Assembly (NCBI GenBank): GCA_019247695.1
Contig: JAFBAP010000101.1
Location: forward strand, 26,201 to 90,200
Length of the DNA: 64,000 nt
Source: Verrucomicrobiota bacterium
GTDB taxonomy: Bacteria > Verrucomicrobiota > Verrucomicrobiia > Chthoniobacterales > JAFAMB01
Reading direction: 5' to 3'
Shown here: positions 52,560 through 61,405 of the stretch, piece after piece
How the letters are laid out: the number at the start of each line of letters is the position of its first letter
Position numbering within the stretch: the first letter of the stretch is position 1
The notes under the pieces: generated by a model
Seen by the model: the letters and a program-made list of their open reading frames with translations, nothing else
Databases searched by the model: none
What the model was told of the DNA's origin: nothing
Translations under genes and position numbers: made by a program

Positions 52560-52649
52560 GGCTCCCTTGACGCTGGAGCCCCGGTTCGGGTGCAAGGGTA
52601 TCTGCTTTTTGCGTTCGAAAGGGCTTCGCGCTTCCGGGCACAAAAACGG
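52560..52649. repeat. 3'-flank element, copy 2
   Basis: GGCTCCCTTGACGC...CGGTTCGGGTGCAAGGGTATCTGCTTTTTGCGTTCGAAAGGGCTTCGCGCTTCCGGGCACAAAAACGG. It ends 11 nt from the Uma2 stop. Confidence 0.8.
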
Positions 52650-52660
52650 TACCAACTCCC

Positions 52661-53239
52661 TCAAGCGTCACCCGACAGCAGGGCGGACATGTCAACCTCA
52701 ACGCCCGCTAAAGCCTGCGGCGACACCTTGCCTTCCCTGATGATTCTCGTTTCGTAGCGGTCGCCGCTCAGCATAAAGACCCGCAGGCACCGGTGACGAA
52801 CGTCAACTACCCAGTATTCCGGGACGCGGGCCCGCCGGTAGAGGTCCGCTTTGTAGCCCAGGTCGTGGGTGAGGCTGCTGTCGGCGATTTCGATCACCAG
52901 CAGGGTATCGGCCGGGGTGGCCTGTTGGCGTCGGCCGAGGGTGGGCCGGTACAGCACCAGGTCCGGTTCGGGCACGTTGTGAGGCCGGATGACCAGGGAC
53001 CGGCCGGGACCGACCTTGAAGCGCCCGGCGCTTTGCATCACGAAGGCTTCGTTAAGTTCGGCAAGAATCCAGTGGTGTTCGGGGCCGATCGGGGCCATGG
53101 GGATGAGTTGGCCGTCCAGCAGCTCGACGCGCGCGTCCTCTTCGAGGATGCCGGCCTCCACCAGCCGGTAAAAATCCTCCACCGTGAAGCGGTAGACGGC
53201 GTCGAAGCGGACCGGGGGCGGTTGGATAAAGGTGGTCAT
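52661..53239 (-). CDS. Uma2-family (DUF820) PD-(D/E)xK endonuclease, copy 1
   Basis: FTVEDFYRLVEAGILEEDARVELLDGQLIPMAPIG, PEPDLVLY, LVIEIADSS and KADLYRRARVPEYWVVD. ATG at 53239, by analogy with copy 3. Confidence 0.85.
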   Translation of the reverse strand: MTTFIQPPPVRFDAVYRFTVEDFYRLVEAGILEEDARVELLDGQLIPMAPIGPEHHWILAELNEAFVMQSAGRFKVGPGRSLVIRPHNVPEPDLVLYRPTLGRRQQATPADTLLVIEIADSSLTHDLGYKADLYRRARVPEYWVVDVRHRCLRVFMLSGDRYETRIIREGKVSPQALAGVEVDMSALLSGDA

Positions 53240-54400
53240 AGGGTCGGCGGTCGCCGCTGTGGGCATTACTGAATCATACTTGGTCCTACTCAGGGCGCAC
53301 CCTCTAAACGCGAGGGCGCTTAGCCTCAGAGCGCTGCCGTTTGGGTCGGTCGCTCAGCCGCTTTCGAAAGCATAGGGTTTATCGACGATGGCTTTATGGA
53401 TCGCCCCAGGGAGCACACGCGCAAACCGGGATCCGGGCCCCCCAGGGCAACCATGGACGATTCGAGGGAAAGGAGCATCCTTTTCCCGGACCCATTACGG
53501 AAAGGACGTTCTGTGACGGGCTTTCCCGTGCAAACTGCTCTCTTTGCAGCTATTTCCTTGGTCGATGCGCCCCCTACGTGACGCCCATGGGGCCCCGGCC
53601 CGGTGCGTCAAAGGCGCCGTCCGCGCGCGACACGAGCGCGTAATGGTCAAACCGGTCTTCGTCCGGCGGTAACGGTTCGTGGCCGGACGGGTTTCCGCCC
53701 GCCCCCGAGGCGAGGTCCAGCGCCGCCGCCGAGCCTGGGGGCGGGTGCGGGCCTGGCTCCATGCCTTGAGCCGGTGGCCCTTTGAGGCGATTGGAACGCG
53801 CGCGGCTCCCGGCGCGCGATTCTCTGGGACCCTGCCCCTTGTCTACGCCCGGTAGCCGTCCTCGGAGGCCCTCTGTTCAACGCTGCCCTCACGGCGTGCG
53901 AGGCGGGGGGCGGCAGCACCGTACGTTGGCCACCCGTCCAGGCCGGCAGCGCACCCGGCGCGCTTGGCCAAGGGATCGTCAACGAGGCACTAAGCGGTTT
54001 TAAGGCGACACAAAAATTACGCGGCGGTATCGGCCCAACCGCCTTGAACAGGATCCTTTGGGAAAAAGGTTCCTCCGGCGTGGCGAGTTCGGGCCTTTGG
54101 GCTGGGTGCTTGAACCTCCCTATTTCGGCGCTGGGCGGGGCCGAGTCCACCCGTGAGCAGGCGGACCGGGCGAAACACGGGCGGGCTTTTGTATCGCCGA
54201 CCAGCAGCCCGCCCTCGCTTGTGCCGGTACTTGCCACCCGCCAAGCCCGGTGCTGCCGGAAGGAATTGTCCCGAGGGGCATCGGTTTTTAAACGGCCCCC
54301 CCTCGGTTGAGAACGGCCCGAAAACATCCGGTCCGGGCCGAATGAATGCGAATGGCAAAAGGGGGATGATCGCCGTAGTTAACCGGCAAGGAGCTGCAAA

Positions 54401-55417
54401 ATGAAACAGGTCTTCATCGTCGGTCACGGTGGCCCGGACAAGCTGCAGATGCGTGAATCGCCCGACCCGCGCCCGGTCGGGGGCGAACTCCGCATCCGCG
54501 TCCAGGCAAGCGGCGTCAACTTTGCCGATATTCTCGCGCGCCAGGGCCTCTACCCCGACGCGCCCAAGCCTCCCTGCGTGGTCGGCTACGAAGTGTCCGG
54601 CACCGTGGACGCCATAGGCCCCGGTGTGGACTTGTCCTGGGTGGGCAAGGATGCCTTTGCGCTGACCCGCTTCGGCGGCTATTCCGACGTGGTGATCGTG
54701 CCCGAGAAACAGGCCTTGGTCAAACCGGCCTCGCTCTCCCATGAACAGGCGGCCGCCATCCCGGTAAACTACCTTACCGCGTGGCAGTTGCTGGCGGTCA
54801 TGGGGGCTCTGAAACCCGAGGAGACCGTGCTCATTCACAATGCCGGCGGCGGCGTGGGCTTGGCCGCCATCGACATCGCGCGCCACCTCGGCGCCACGAT
54901 TTATGGCACGGCCAGCAGCGTCAAGCACGCTTTCCTGAGGCAACGCGGGCTGCACCAGGCCATCGACTACCGCGCCCAAGACTGGGCGGCCGAACTGCAG
55001 CGGCTCACCCAAGGCAAAGGCGTGGCGCTCATCACCGACCCCTTGGGCGGCCGTCACTGGAAGAAGAGCTATGAGGCGTTGCGTTCGACGGGGCGGCTCG
55101 GCGTGTTCGGCGTTTCGGTGGCAACGGACTCGAAGCTCCCCGGGCCCTTGCGCCTGTTGCCGGTTGTGCTCGGCACACCTTTCTTCCATCCGCTTGCGCT
55201 GATGAACGCCAACAAATCCGTCTTCGGCGTGAACCTGGGCCACCTGTGGCATGAGCCCGGCCTGATCGCGGGTTGGATGGCAACCCTGCTGAAGGGCGTC
55301 GCGGAAGGGTGGGTGCGCCCCCATGTGGGCAAGGGCTTTCCGCTCGCGCAGGCCGGCGAGGCGCAAACCTATATGGAAGAGCGTAAGAACACCGGCAAGG
55401 TCGTCCTGATGAGCTGA
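54401..55417 (+). CDS. Zinc-type alcohol dehydrogenase / quinone oxidoreductase (MDR family)
   Basis: IRVQASGVNFADILARQGLY, GYEVSGTV, VLIHNAGGGVGLAA and TGKVVL at the C-terminus. Confidence 0.9.
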   Translation: MKQVFIVGHGGPDKLQMRESPDPRPVGGELRIRVQASGVNFADILARQGLYPDAPKPPCVVGYEVSGTVDAIGPGVDLSWVGKDAFALTRFGGYSDVVIVPEKQALVKPASLSHEQAAAIPVNYLTAWQLLAVMGALKPEETVLIHNAGGGVGLAAIDIARHLGATIYGTASSVKHAFLRQRGLHQAIDYRAQDWAAELQRLTQGKGVALITDPLGGRHWKKSYEALRSTGRLGVFGVSVATDSKLPGPLRLLPVVLGTPFFHPLALMNANKSVFGVNLGHLWHEPGLIAGWMATLLKGVAEGWVRPHVGKGFPLAQAGEAQTYMEERKNTGKVVLMS

Positions 55418-55664
55418 GGGTGCCAGCGGGTCGCACCAGGAATTTGGGCTGCTGACACCCCCCTCGGAAACGGCCGGCGCTCATCGCGCCGTAGGAATTC
55501 TCCTGCATGCGAGGACCAAAACCGCCCGCCGGGGCACGTCCATTCGTCCTGGGGCACCGGGTGCACGGTAGGGTGGGGAACGCCGGTTGCCCCCCTCGCT
55601 TGAGCCCGCGCAAGGGGGCCTGCGCCTTAAAGCCGCTCGCCAAAGCCCTCGCCATTTAATGCTC

Positions 55665-55756
55665 GGCTCCCTTGACACCCTCCGGACTCGCTACGGCTTA
55701 TGGGGGTATCGATCGGGAAAGAAACGTTGTTCTTTCCCTCCGGGGCATTTCCTCCC
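55665..55756. repeat. 3'-flank element, copy 3 (diverged)
   Basis: Starts with GGCTCCCTTGAC, as copy 2 does. It contains the perfect hairpin GGGAAAGAA-CGTTG-TTCTTTCCC and abuts the Uma2 copy 2 stop. Confidence 0.6.
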
Positions 55757-56341
55757 TCAAGCGCCGCCCGCCAGCAGGGCGGACGCGTCAACCTCGACGC
55801 CCGGTAACGCCTGCGGCGATACCATGCCTTCCCTGACGACGCTGGTTTCGTAGCGCCCGCCGACCAGCCTAAAGACGTGCAGGCCATTGCGCTTGAGGTC
55901 CACGACCCAATATTCCGGGAGCTTGGCGCCCTCATAGATCCGGGCTTTCTTAACCAGGTCGCGCCGGCGGGTGCTTTGGGCGACCTCCACCCCCACGAAC
56001 ACGTCGGCCGGTCGCACGTGATGCTCATCACTCAGGGCGCCAGGCCGGTAAAGCAACAGGTCCGGCTCGGGTTCGTCATGGTCAGGGATCGGCAACGGCG
56101 AATCCTGGCCGGTTCTGAACCGCCAAACTTCCTGACGAATGAAGTCGTGAAGCAATTCGTCCACGATCCGCTGGTGCCTGGGTCCGATCGGGGACATAGG
56201 AACGATGCGGCCCTCTAGCAGCTCCACCGAGCGCCGCTACTCTTCCAGGATCCCCTCCTCAACCAACCGGTGATACTCCTCAATGGTATAACGGCGCGTC
56301 GTGTCGAACGCGAATCGTCGGGATTGGAGATCGGTGACCAT
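55757..56341 (-). pseudogene. Uma2-family endonuclease, copy 2, interrupted by one in-frame TAG
   Basis: ORFs 56237..56464 and 55757..56227 are in the same frame. The junction reads EEGILEE-TAG-RRSVELLEGRIVPMSPIG, where the paralogues have EEDARVELLDGQ. The remaining motifs (PEPDLLLY, VGVEVAQST, PEYWVVD) are intact. Confidence 0.7.
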
Positions 56342-56839
56342 ACCAGCATCCTTTGGCAAAAAGGTTATCACAGGGATCAAGCGGCTGCCGCCCTCTGTCG
56401 GCGGTGGGCCGGGCCGCATCGAATCGTCCTGGAAGTCCGGGCGTGCGGCAGGGTGAGGGAGCATGCGCTGCCCCTCCTTCGCTGTCGCAAGGTCGGCCTG
56501 CGGGTACGGGATGTGATGCAGGCGACGCCAACCCCGCCTATGAGGGCCGGCTTGCGCGCTTAGAGCTCGTCGGGGGCGATGCCAATAACCCCCTTTTTCC
56601 GGGTGCGATTAACCCCCAGACCTCAAATCGACGTGGTGCCTGCTGACTTACCCCCGGCTTCAAGCCGCTTTGTTTGGGAGGAAAAAGGGGCCGCCGACCT
56701 GGCAAGCTCATGCCCCTGGGGTCAGATGTCCGCCCGGAGTCGGCGGTGGGCCGGAAGGCGAGGTTACAAATTTCGGGCTCGCCTCGCGCAATGGCAAGCT
56801 TCGGGGTGGGGCAGGGGGCGGGCAATCCCCGAAAGGGCG

Positions 56840-57478
56840 ATTACCTCGCTAGTGCCCTGGGTCGGGGTCATGGCGGCGGGCTATGCGCTGGGGGCGCTGC
56901 TCGGGCGGCCGGACCGCCGCCAATGGACGCTCGGGCTGGGGGTGGCGCTCACGCTGGCGTTCTTTGCGCTGCGCGCGCTCAACGGCTACGGCAACGGCGG
57001 CGCCGGCCTGCCCGCCCCCGTGCCGTCCACGGCGGGACCCTGGCGAGTCCAGCCCCGCCCGACGCTGACCGTCGCCGCCTTTTTCAACGCCCTGAAATAC
57101 CCGCCCTCGCTGGATTACCTGCTGATGACGCTGGGCCCCGCCCTGATCCTGTTGACGTGGCTGGAGGGCGCGACGACAGGGCGCGGCTTCGGGCGGATCC
57201 TCCTTGCGTTCGGTCGCGTGCCCCTGTTTTACTACGTCCTGCACCTCTTTGTGATCCACGGCTTGGCCATCGTGGTGGGCTGGCTCTACCATCAACCCAT
57301 CACTTGGCTTTGGCAGGGGCGCTTTATGACCCAAGATCCCCCGGCCGGTTACGGCCACGGCTTGGCCTTCATTTACCTGATGTGGTTACTTGCTTTAGGG
57401 CTGCTTTACTTCCCCTGCCGGTGGTATGCGGCGTTCAAGGGCGCGCATCCAAACTGGGGGTGGTTGAGTTACCTGTAG
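56840..57478 (+). pseudogene. DUF1624 / heparan-alpha-glucosaminide N-acetyltransferase-like membrane protein, C-terminal half only
   Basis: LVPWVGVMAAGYALG, KYPPSLDYLLMTLGPALILL and GRVPLFYYVLHLFVIH match the C-terminal half of the family. The upstream 87 codons of ORF 56579..57478 are repeat-module sequence. Confidence 0.5.
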
Positions 57479-58042
57479 GTTTCGGCATTTTGGCCGGGCG
57501 AAGGGCCACGAGCGGTGGAACGGCGGGCGAAACCTCTGGCGTTGGACTGCACTTACAGCGGTTCCCGGTTGAATTGAAGCCACTCAGGATTGATAGTGCG
57601 GGTTACTTGCCGGTCCGCGACGGTTATTGTGGTTCATTTCAGAAGGCCTGACGCGTGGTTAGAGCAACGCCTCCATTTCTCTCATCGGCGGGGGAGGCCC
57701 GATTGAAGGGCGGCGTGCCCCTTGCGGCGCTTTTTGCGGGGGCCACAGCCGCTTACCGCCGCTCCCTGCTCTCGCAGCCGACCCGGCCCGCCGTTTTCAC
57801 TGCTGGATGACGATTCGCACCGTCGGCGCCGGGCTGGACCACCTTGAATGCGGGGGAGGGGGTCGTTAGGTCCCCGGATCCGCTCTGGACGGCCCGGACC
57901 CGGGACAGGCATTGGCGCGGCCTTGCACCGCTTGGTGACTTCAAGCCGCTTGGTTTTGGGGAAAAGGTGCCGCTGGCCGCGAGGAAATGCGCAAAAATGC
58001 GTATTCCGTCTGGCGAAGTCTGTACGGTAAACAACGGTCGCG

Positions 58043-59905
58043 ATGCCAGATTACCGAATTCTTTGCATCCACGGAATCGGACACACCGAGCAGACCCAGG
58101 ATTGGAATCAACCGTGGATAGACGTTCTCAAGGATGCGTTTACTAATAGGTTGCACACCAAGGACCGATTGGAGTTCAGCGCCCTCCCCTACGACGCCAT
58201 CTTTGAAAAGTATCCCAGCAACCTGCTTGAAGACGCCGAAGCCGTTGCGGAGCTGATTGGAAGCGCGGCGTACCACGCTGCCGCCGATCCCCTTCAGCCA
58301 AGGGCATTTGAACCTTTGGACAATCTTAAATACGTCGGCCGGTGGTACGCGGGAATGGTTGCGCAATGGGTTGTCAGCGACGCCCTCCGCAAAGACCTCC
58401 GTGCGGCTCTGAGCGCGGCCATCCAGGCATTCAATCCCGACATCATTCTGGCGCATAGCCTGGGCACCCTCTTGTCCTACGACCTCTTTACCCATGACGA
58501 CGTGGGCCGAAAGCTTGCGGAAGGGCGCATCTATATCACCTTGGGCTCTCAGATTGCTAACCCCTTTGTTCGTGCCAGAATGTGGGGTGGCCGGGTCGCA
58601 ATGGTTCCGGCCAAAAGGTGGTATCACCTCTTCAATAAACTGGACCCGGCGTTCACCGCGCAGATCACGGAGCCGGGCCAAATCACCTTCTTGCAGGTCG
58701 AGACGGACTCGCCCGCCGGGCACAACCCGACGACAACGAACGGCAACCCCGGTTACCTCGATCACCCCAACACGTTGACCAAGGTCTGGGAGCCGCTGTC
58801 GCGGGGCTTGGACGAAGCGTTCGTGTCACGAGGCTTGGCGATCGTCGAGCAAGCCGCTAAACCGCCGAAGCGCCGGGCGCTGCTGGTCGGCATCAACGAC
58901 TACCCCGATCCTGCCCACAAACTCAACGGCTGCGTAAATGACGTGTATTCGGTAAGCGCCCTCCTTCAGCAAAACGGATTCTTGCCTGAGGACATCACCG
59001 TTCTCATCGACCGGCGTGCCACCAAGGACGCGATCATCGACCGCCTAACGTGGCTTTTGTCGCACGCCGACGATCAGGCAGAGCGGGTCTTCTACTATAG
59101 CGGGCACGGGCTGCAAATCCCGGGCCGTGGTCCGAACGGGCTGATCGACCACGTCGAGGACGGGATTGTACCCGTCGATTTTGACTGGCAAAAGCTCAAC
59201 GCCATCACCGATCGAGACCTTTTCGATTTGTACACCCAGCTTCCGCCGACGGCCAGGTTTCTTGCCATCTTCGACACCTGCTTTTCCGGCGGCCTGATCC
59301 AGGGCCAGCGAGGTTCAGTCCGAAACGTGCCTGCCCCCGAGGAGATCCGCCATGGGTTGCAGCAAGGGAATCGGAAGGGGCGGCATTGGGAGCCGCGGCG
59401 GCTGAAGCCGCTGCTTCCGGACTTCGACGAGCAAGAGCAGCAAACCTACACGGGATTGAATGGCTACACCTATAAATTAGGAAGGGCGGTACCGCTGAGG
59501 AGGGTTGCGAAAGCCAGGTACAAAGAGCTCACCCAGCTGCGGCAACACGTAGGTCCCTACCTGCCTGTGGATATAGAGGCCTGCAAGGATGATCAACAAT
59601 CTTATGAATATGCCGATGGGGGCGTAACGCACGGGGCATTTACTTTTGCGCTCGCGAGCGCGTTCGAAAAGCCGAGCGTGCTTAGCTTCCACGAGTTGGA
59701 ACGCCGGATCGCCAAGCGCCTGAAACAGCTGGGGATTAATCAGCAACCGCAGATTGCCGGGCCAAAGCACATTTTAGATCATCCCATTGCCAACTGGGAC
59801 CAGGGAGGGGGTCAGGATGGCGCCGGAGCCACCGGTCCCTCCGAGGAAACCGGCGGCCCGCTTGCTGGCTCAAGCGCGTCTGACGCCCGTTCTCAGGGCG
59901 GTTGA
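58043..59905 (+). CDS. Alpha/beta-hydrolase fused to a C14 caspase-like (orthocaspase) protease
   Basis: N-terminal half: ILCIHGIGH, nucleophile elbow ILAHSLGTL, and later NKLDP and GHNP/LDHP. C-terminal half: RALLVGINDYP, LNGCVNDV, FYYSGHG (catalytic His), AIFDTCFSGG (catalytic Cys), and a p10-like GGVTHGAFTFAL...QQPQIAG. Confidence 0.8.
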   Translation: MPDYRILCIHGIGHTEQTQDWNQPWIDVLKDAFTNRLHTKDRLEFSALPYDAIFEKYPSNLLEDAEAVAELIGSAAYHAAADPLQPRAFEPLDNLKYVGRWYAGMVAQWVVSDALRKDLRAALSAAIQAFNPDIILAHSLGTLLSYDLFTHDDVGRKLAEGRIYITLGSQIANPFVRARMWGGRVAMVPAKRWYHLFNKLDPAFTAQITEPGQITFLQVETDSPAGHNPTTTNGNPGYLDHPNTLTKVWEPLSRGLDEAFVSRGLAIVEQAAKPPKRRALLVGINDYPDPAHKLNGCVNDVYSVSALLQQNGFLPEDITVLIDRRATKDAIIDRLTWLLSHADDQAERVFYYSGHGLQIPGRGPNGLIDHVEDGIVPVDFDWQKLNAITDRDLFDLYTQLPPTARFLAIFDTCFSGGLIQGQRGSVRNVPAPEEIRHGLQQGNRKGRHWEPRRLKPLLPDFDEQEQQTYTGLNGYTYKLGRAVPLRRVAKARYKELTQLRQHVGPYLPVDIEACKDDQQSYEYADGGVTHGAFTFALASAFEKPSVLSFHELERRIAKRLKQLGINQQPQIAGPKHILDHPIANWDQGGGQDGAGATGPSEETGGPLAGSSASDARSQGG

Positions 59906-60237
59906 GCCGGTCCTTGCGCAGGAGGGGCAGCCCCGCAGGGGGGATAATGGTCAACTCGGCAGCGACCAAGCCAGCGGGGCAATCAGGAACCAGATGCCCG
60001 ATTGGGGCAACACGCCCGGCTCGGGGAAAATCACGTTTTTCCCCGAACCGATACCCATCCCCTGCCCGGCTACAGCTCGATCGGGCGCCAAGGGAGGCCG
60101 TGGAACAAATAGCGAGTCCCCGAGCGGCTTTATGCCGCAAGGCCGACCTTGCGCCCATCGAGCCGAGCGGGCCTCGCCTTCCTGGATGCCGCAGCCTCTG
60201 CAAATGTCGATCCGATCGCGGCGCGCCTGGGTTGTCC

Positions 60238-60474
60238 CTACCTCCAGAGGTGATTGATGATGGTGACCACGAACAGCATGAAGGCCATACCGCTCAAGAC
60301 GATGGCCATTTGGGCCAGCACCATGATCACAAACCAGTTTTTGAGTAGGCCCCATTGCTCGGCCAAGCGTTTGTCGACGTAATCGCTAAGGCCGGCGGCT
60401 TGGTCCTCGGTAAAACCGGCGGCTCTGAGTTTTTCGCGGGCGTCGAGTTTCTCGCGGGTTGCGGTGGTGGTCAT
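60238..60474 (-). CDS. Small C-terminally anchored membrane protein
   Basis: 78 aa. A charged helical N-terminal half (REKLDAREKLRAAGFTEDQAAGL) is followed by one long hydrophobic segment (WFVIMVLAQMAIVLSGMAFMLFVVTII). Convergent with the caspase fusion gene. Confidence 0.45.
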   Translation of the reverse strand: MTTTATREKLDAREKLRAAGFTEDQAAGLSDYVDKRLAEQWGLLKNWFVIMVLAQMAIVLSGMAFMLFVVTIINHLWR

Positions 60475-60955
60475 GGCGGCTGCTCCCCTTTAAGATGGCA
60501 GAAAGGGACCAGACCGCCAACTACGGTGCGGCGCGTCCCTTTGACTTCAGCTGCTTTGTTTGGAGTAAATGGGTCCGCCGGCCTGGCGAGTTCGAACCTT
60601 TGGGGTTGGATGTTCCGCCCCCTTTGTTGGCGGTGGGCCGGGGCGCGTCGACCTGTCCTGGAGGACCAGGCACACGGCAGGGTAGGGGAGCGCCGGTTGC
60701 CTTTTCCCTTACCGGCGCAAGGCCGGCATCCGGATACGGGGCGTGACGGAGGCAATGCCAACCGCCTATGAGGGCCGGCTTGCCCGCTTGGAGCTCGTCA
60801 GAGGCGGCTCGTCAATCACCCCTTTTTCGGGTATTGGTCACCCCCAACCCACAAAGGCCCGTGGACCCGTTAGCGGATCGGTTGGACGGGAGGCAGCGGC
60901 TCAGGCGAACATGAGCTTTATCCGGGCGCCCATCTGCGGCCCCGATCCATAGCCT

Positions 60956-61190
60956 TTATTGGCCAGAAGCGCCCGCCCCGCGCGCATGCTCAATGATGAG
61001 GTCCGCCGCACGACTGACGCCCCCCGCTTCGCGCAACTGCGTCCCCCAATATTGGGCGCGCTCCTGGAACGTGCGCTCGTTAGCAAGCGCCCGAGCTTTG
61101 CCACGACCTCCCCGGCGGTGAAGGACCACACTGGGGAAACGCCGCGGCGCGACAACTCCGCCATGATGGGTCCGGTGGGCGCGTTCATCG
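60956..61190 (-). pseudogene. Remnant of a GT1 (MGT-type) glycosyltransferase C-terminus, frameshifted
   Basis: One frame reads IMAELSRRGVSPVWSFTAGEVVAKLGRLLT. After a shift near 61080, ERTFQERAQYWGTQLREAGGVSRAADLIIEHA follows. Together these resemble the last ~75 aa of MGT-family enzymes. There is no upstream body. Confidence 0.4.
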
Positions 61191-61236
61191 AAAGCGGGTG
61201 GAAGCTGCGGTAAGGGGATCTGGCGCAAAGGTGGTT

Positions 61237-61405
61237 GGGGGCTTGCCCCCTAAGCGTTAACTTGTTTCTCAATTCCAGCCTGCAGAGGTGCTTTTCCCTC
61301 GAAAATCACATCCAAACGTTTGTTGTGGAACCGTATTTAGTGTAGATTTCCGTATAAACAGTGTTTTCTGACCGAGCAAGTTAACGCTTATGGGGGCTTG
61401 CCCCC
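61237..61405. repeat. MITE-like unit with inverted termini
   Basis: GGGGGCTTGCCCCCTAAGCGTTAACTTG at 61237-61264 versus CAAGTTAACGCTTATGGGGGCTTGCCCCC at 61377-61405. The 14 nt TAAGCGTTAACTTG is a perfect inverted match. The core is AT-richer and 112 nt long. Confidence 0.6.

Noticed and set aside
53341-54327. ORFs across repeat DNA: 53341..53643, 53574..53762 and 53647..54327. Elsewhere, 56674..57651, 61269..61766 and 61622..62278.
   Set aside because: They are composed of repeat modules and have overlapping alternative frames of similar length. No motifs, and Arg/Pro/Gly-rich.
50686-55366. Other long antisense ORFs: 50686..52179 (+) opposite the FMO gene and 54017..55366 (-) opposite the oxidoreductase. 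Elsewhere in the window, 32459..34459 (+) opposite sdhA, 5372..6133 (-) and 15427..16272 (-).
   Set aside because: Each overlaps a motif-supported gene on the other strand and has a low-complexity Arg/Gly/Pro/His-rich translation.
56234-56236. TAG in Uma2 copy 2 as a programmed readthrough or pyrrolysine codon
   Set aside because: There is no pyl genes context or supporting signal visible. A simple nonsense mutation with a 3-nt indel relative to the paralogues is the simpler explanation.
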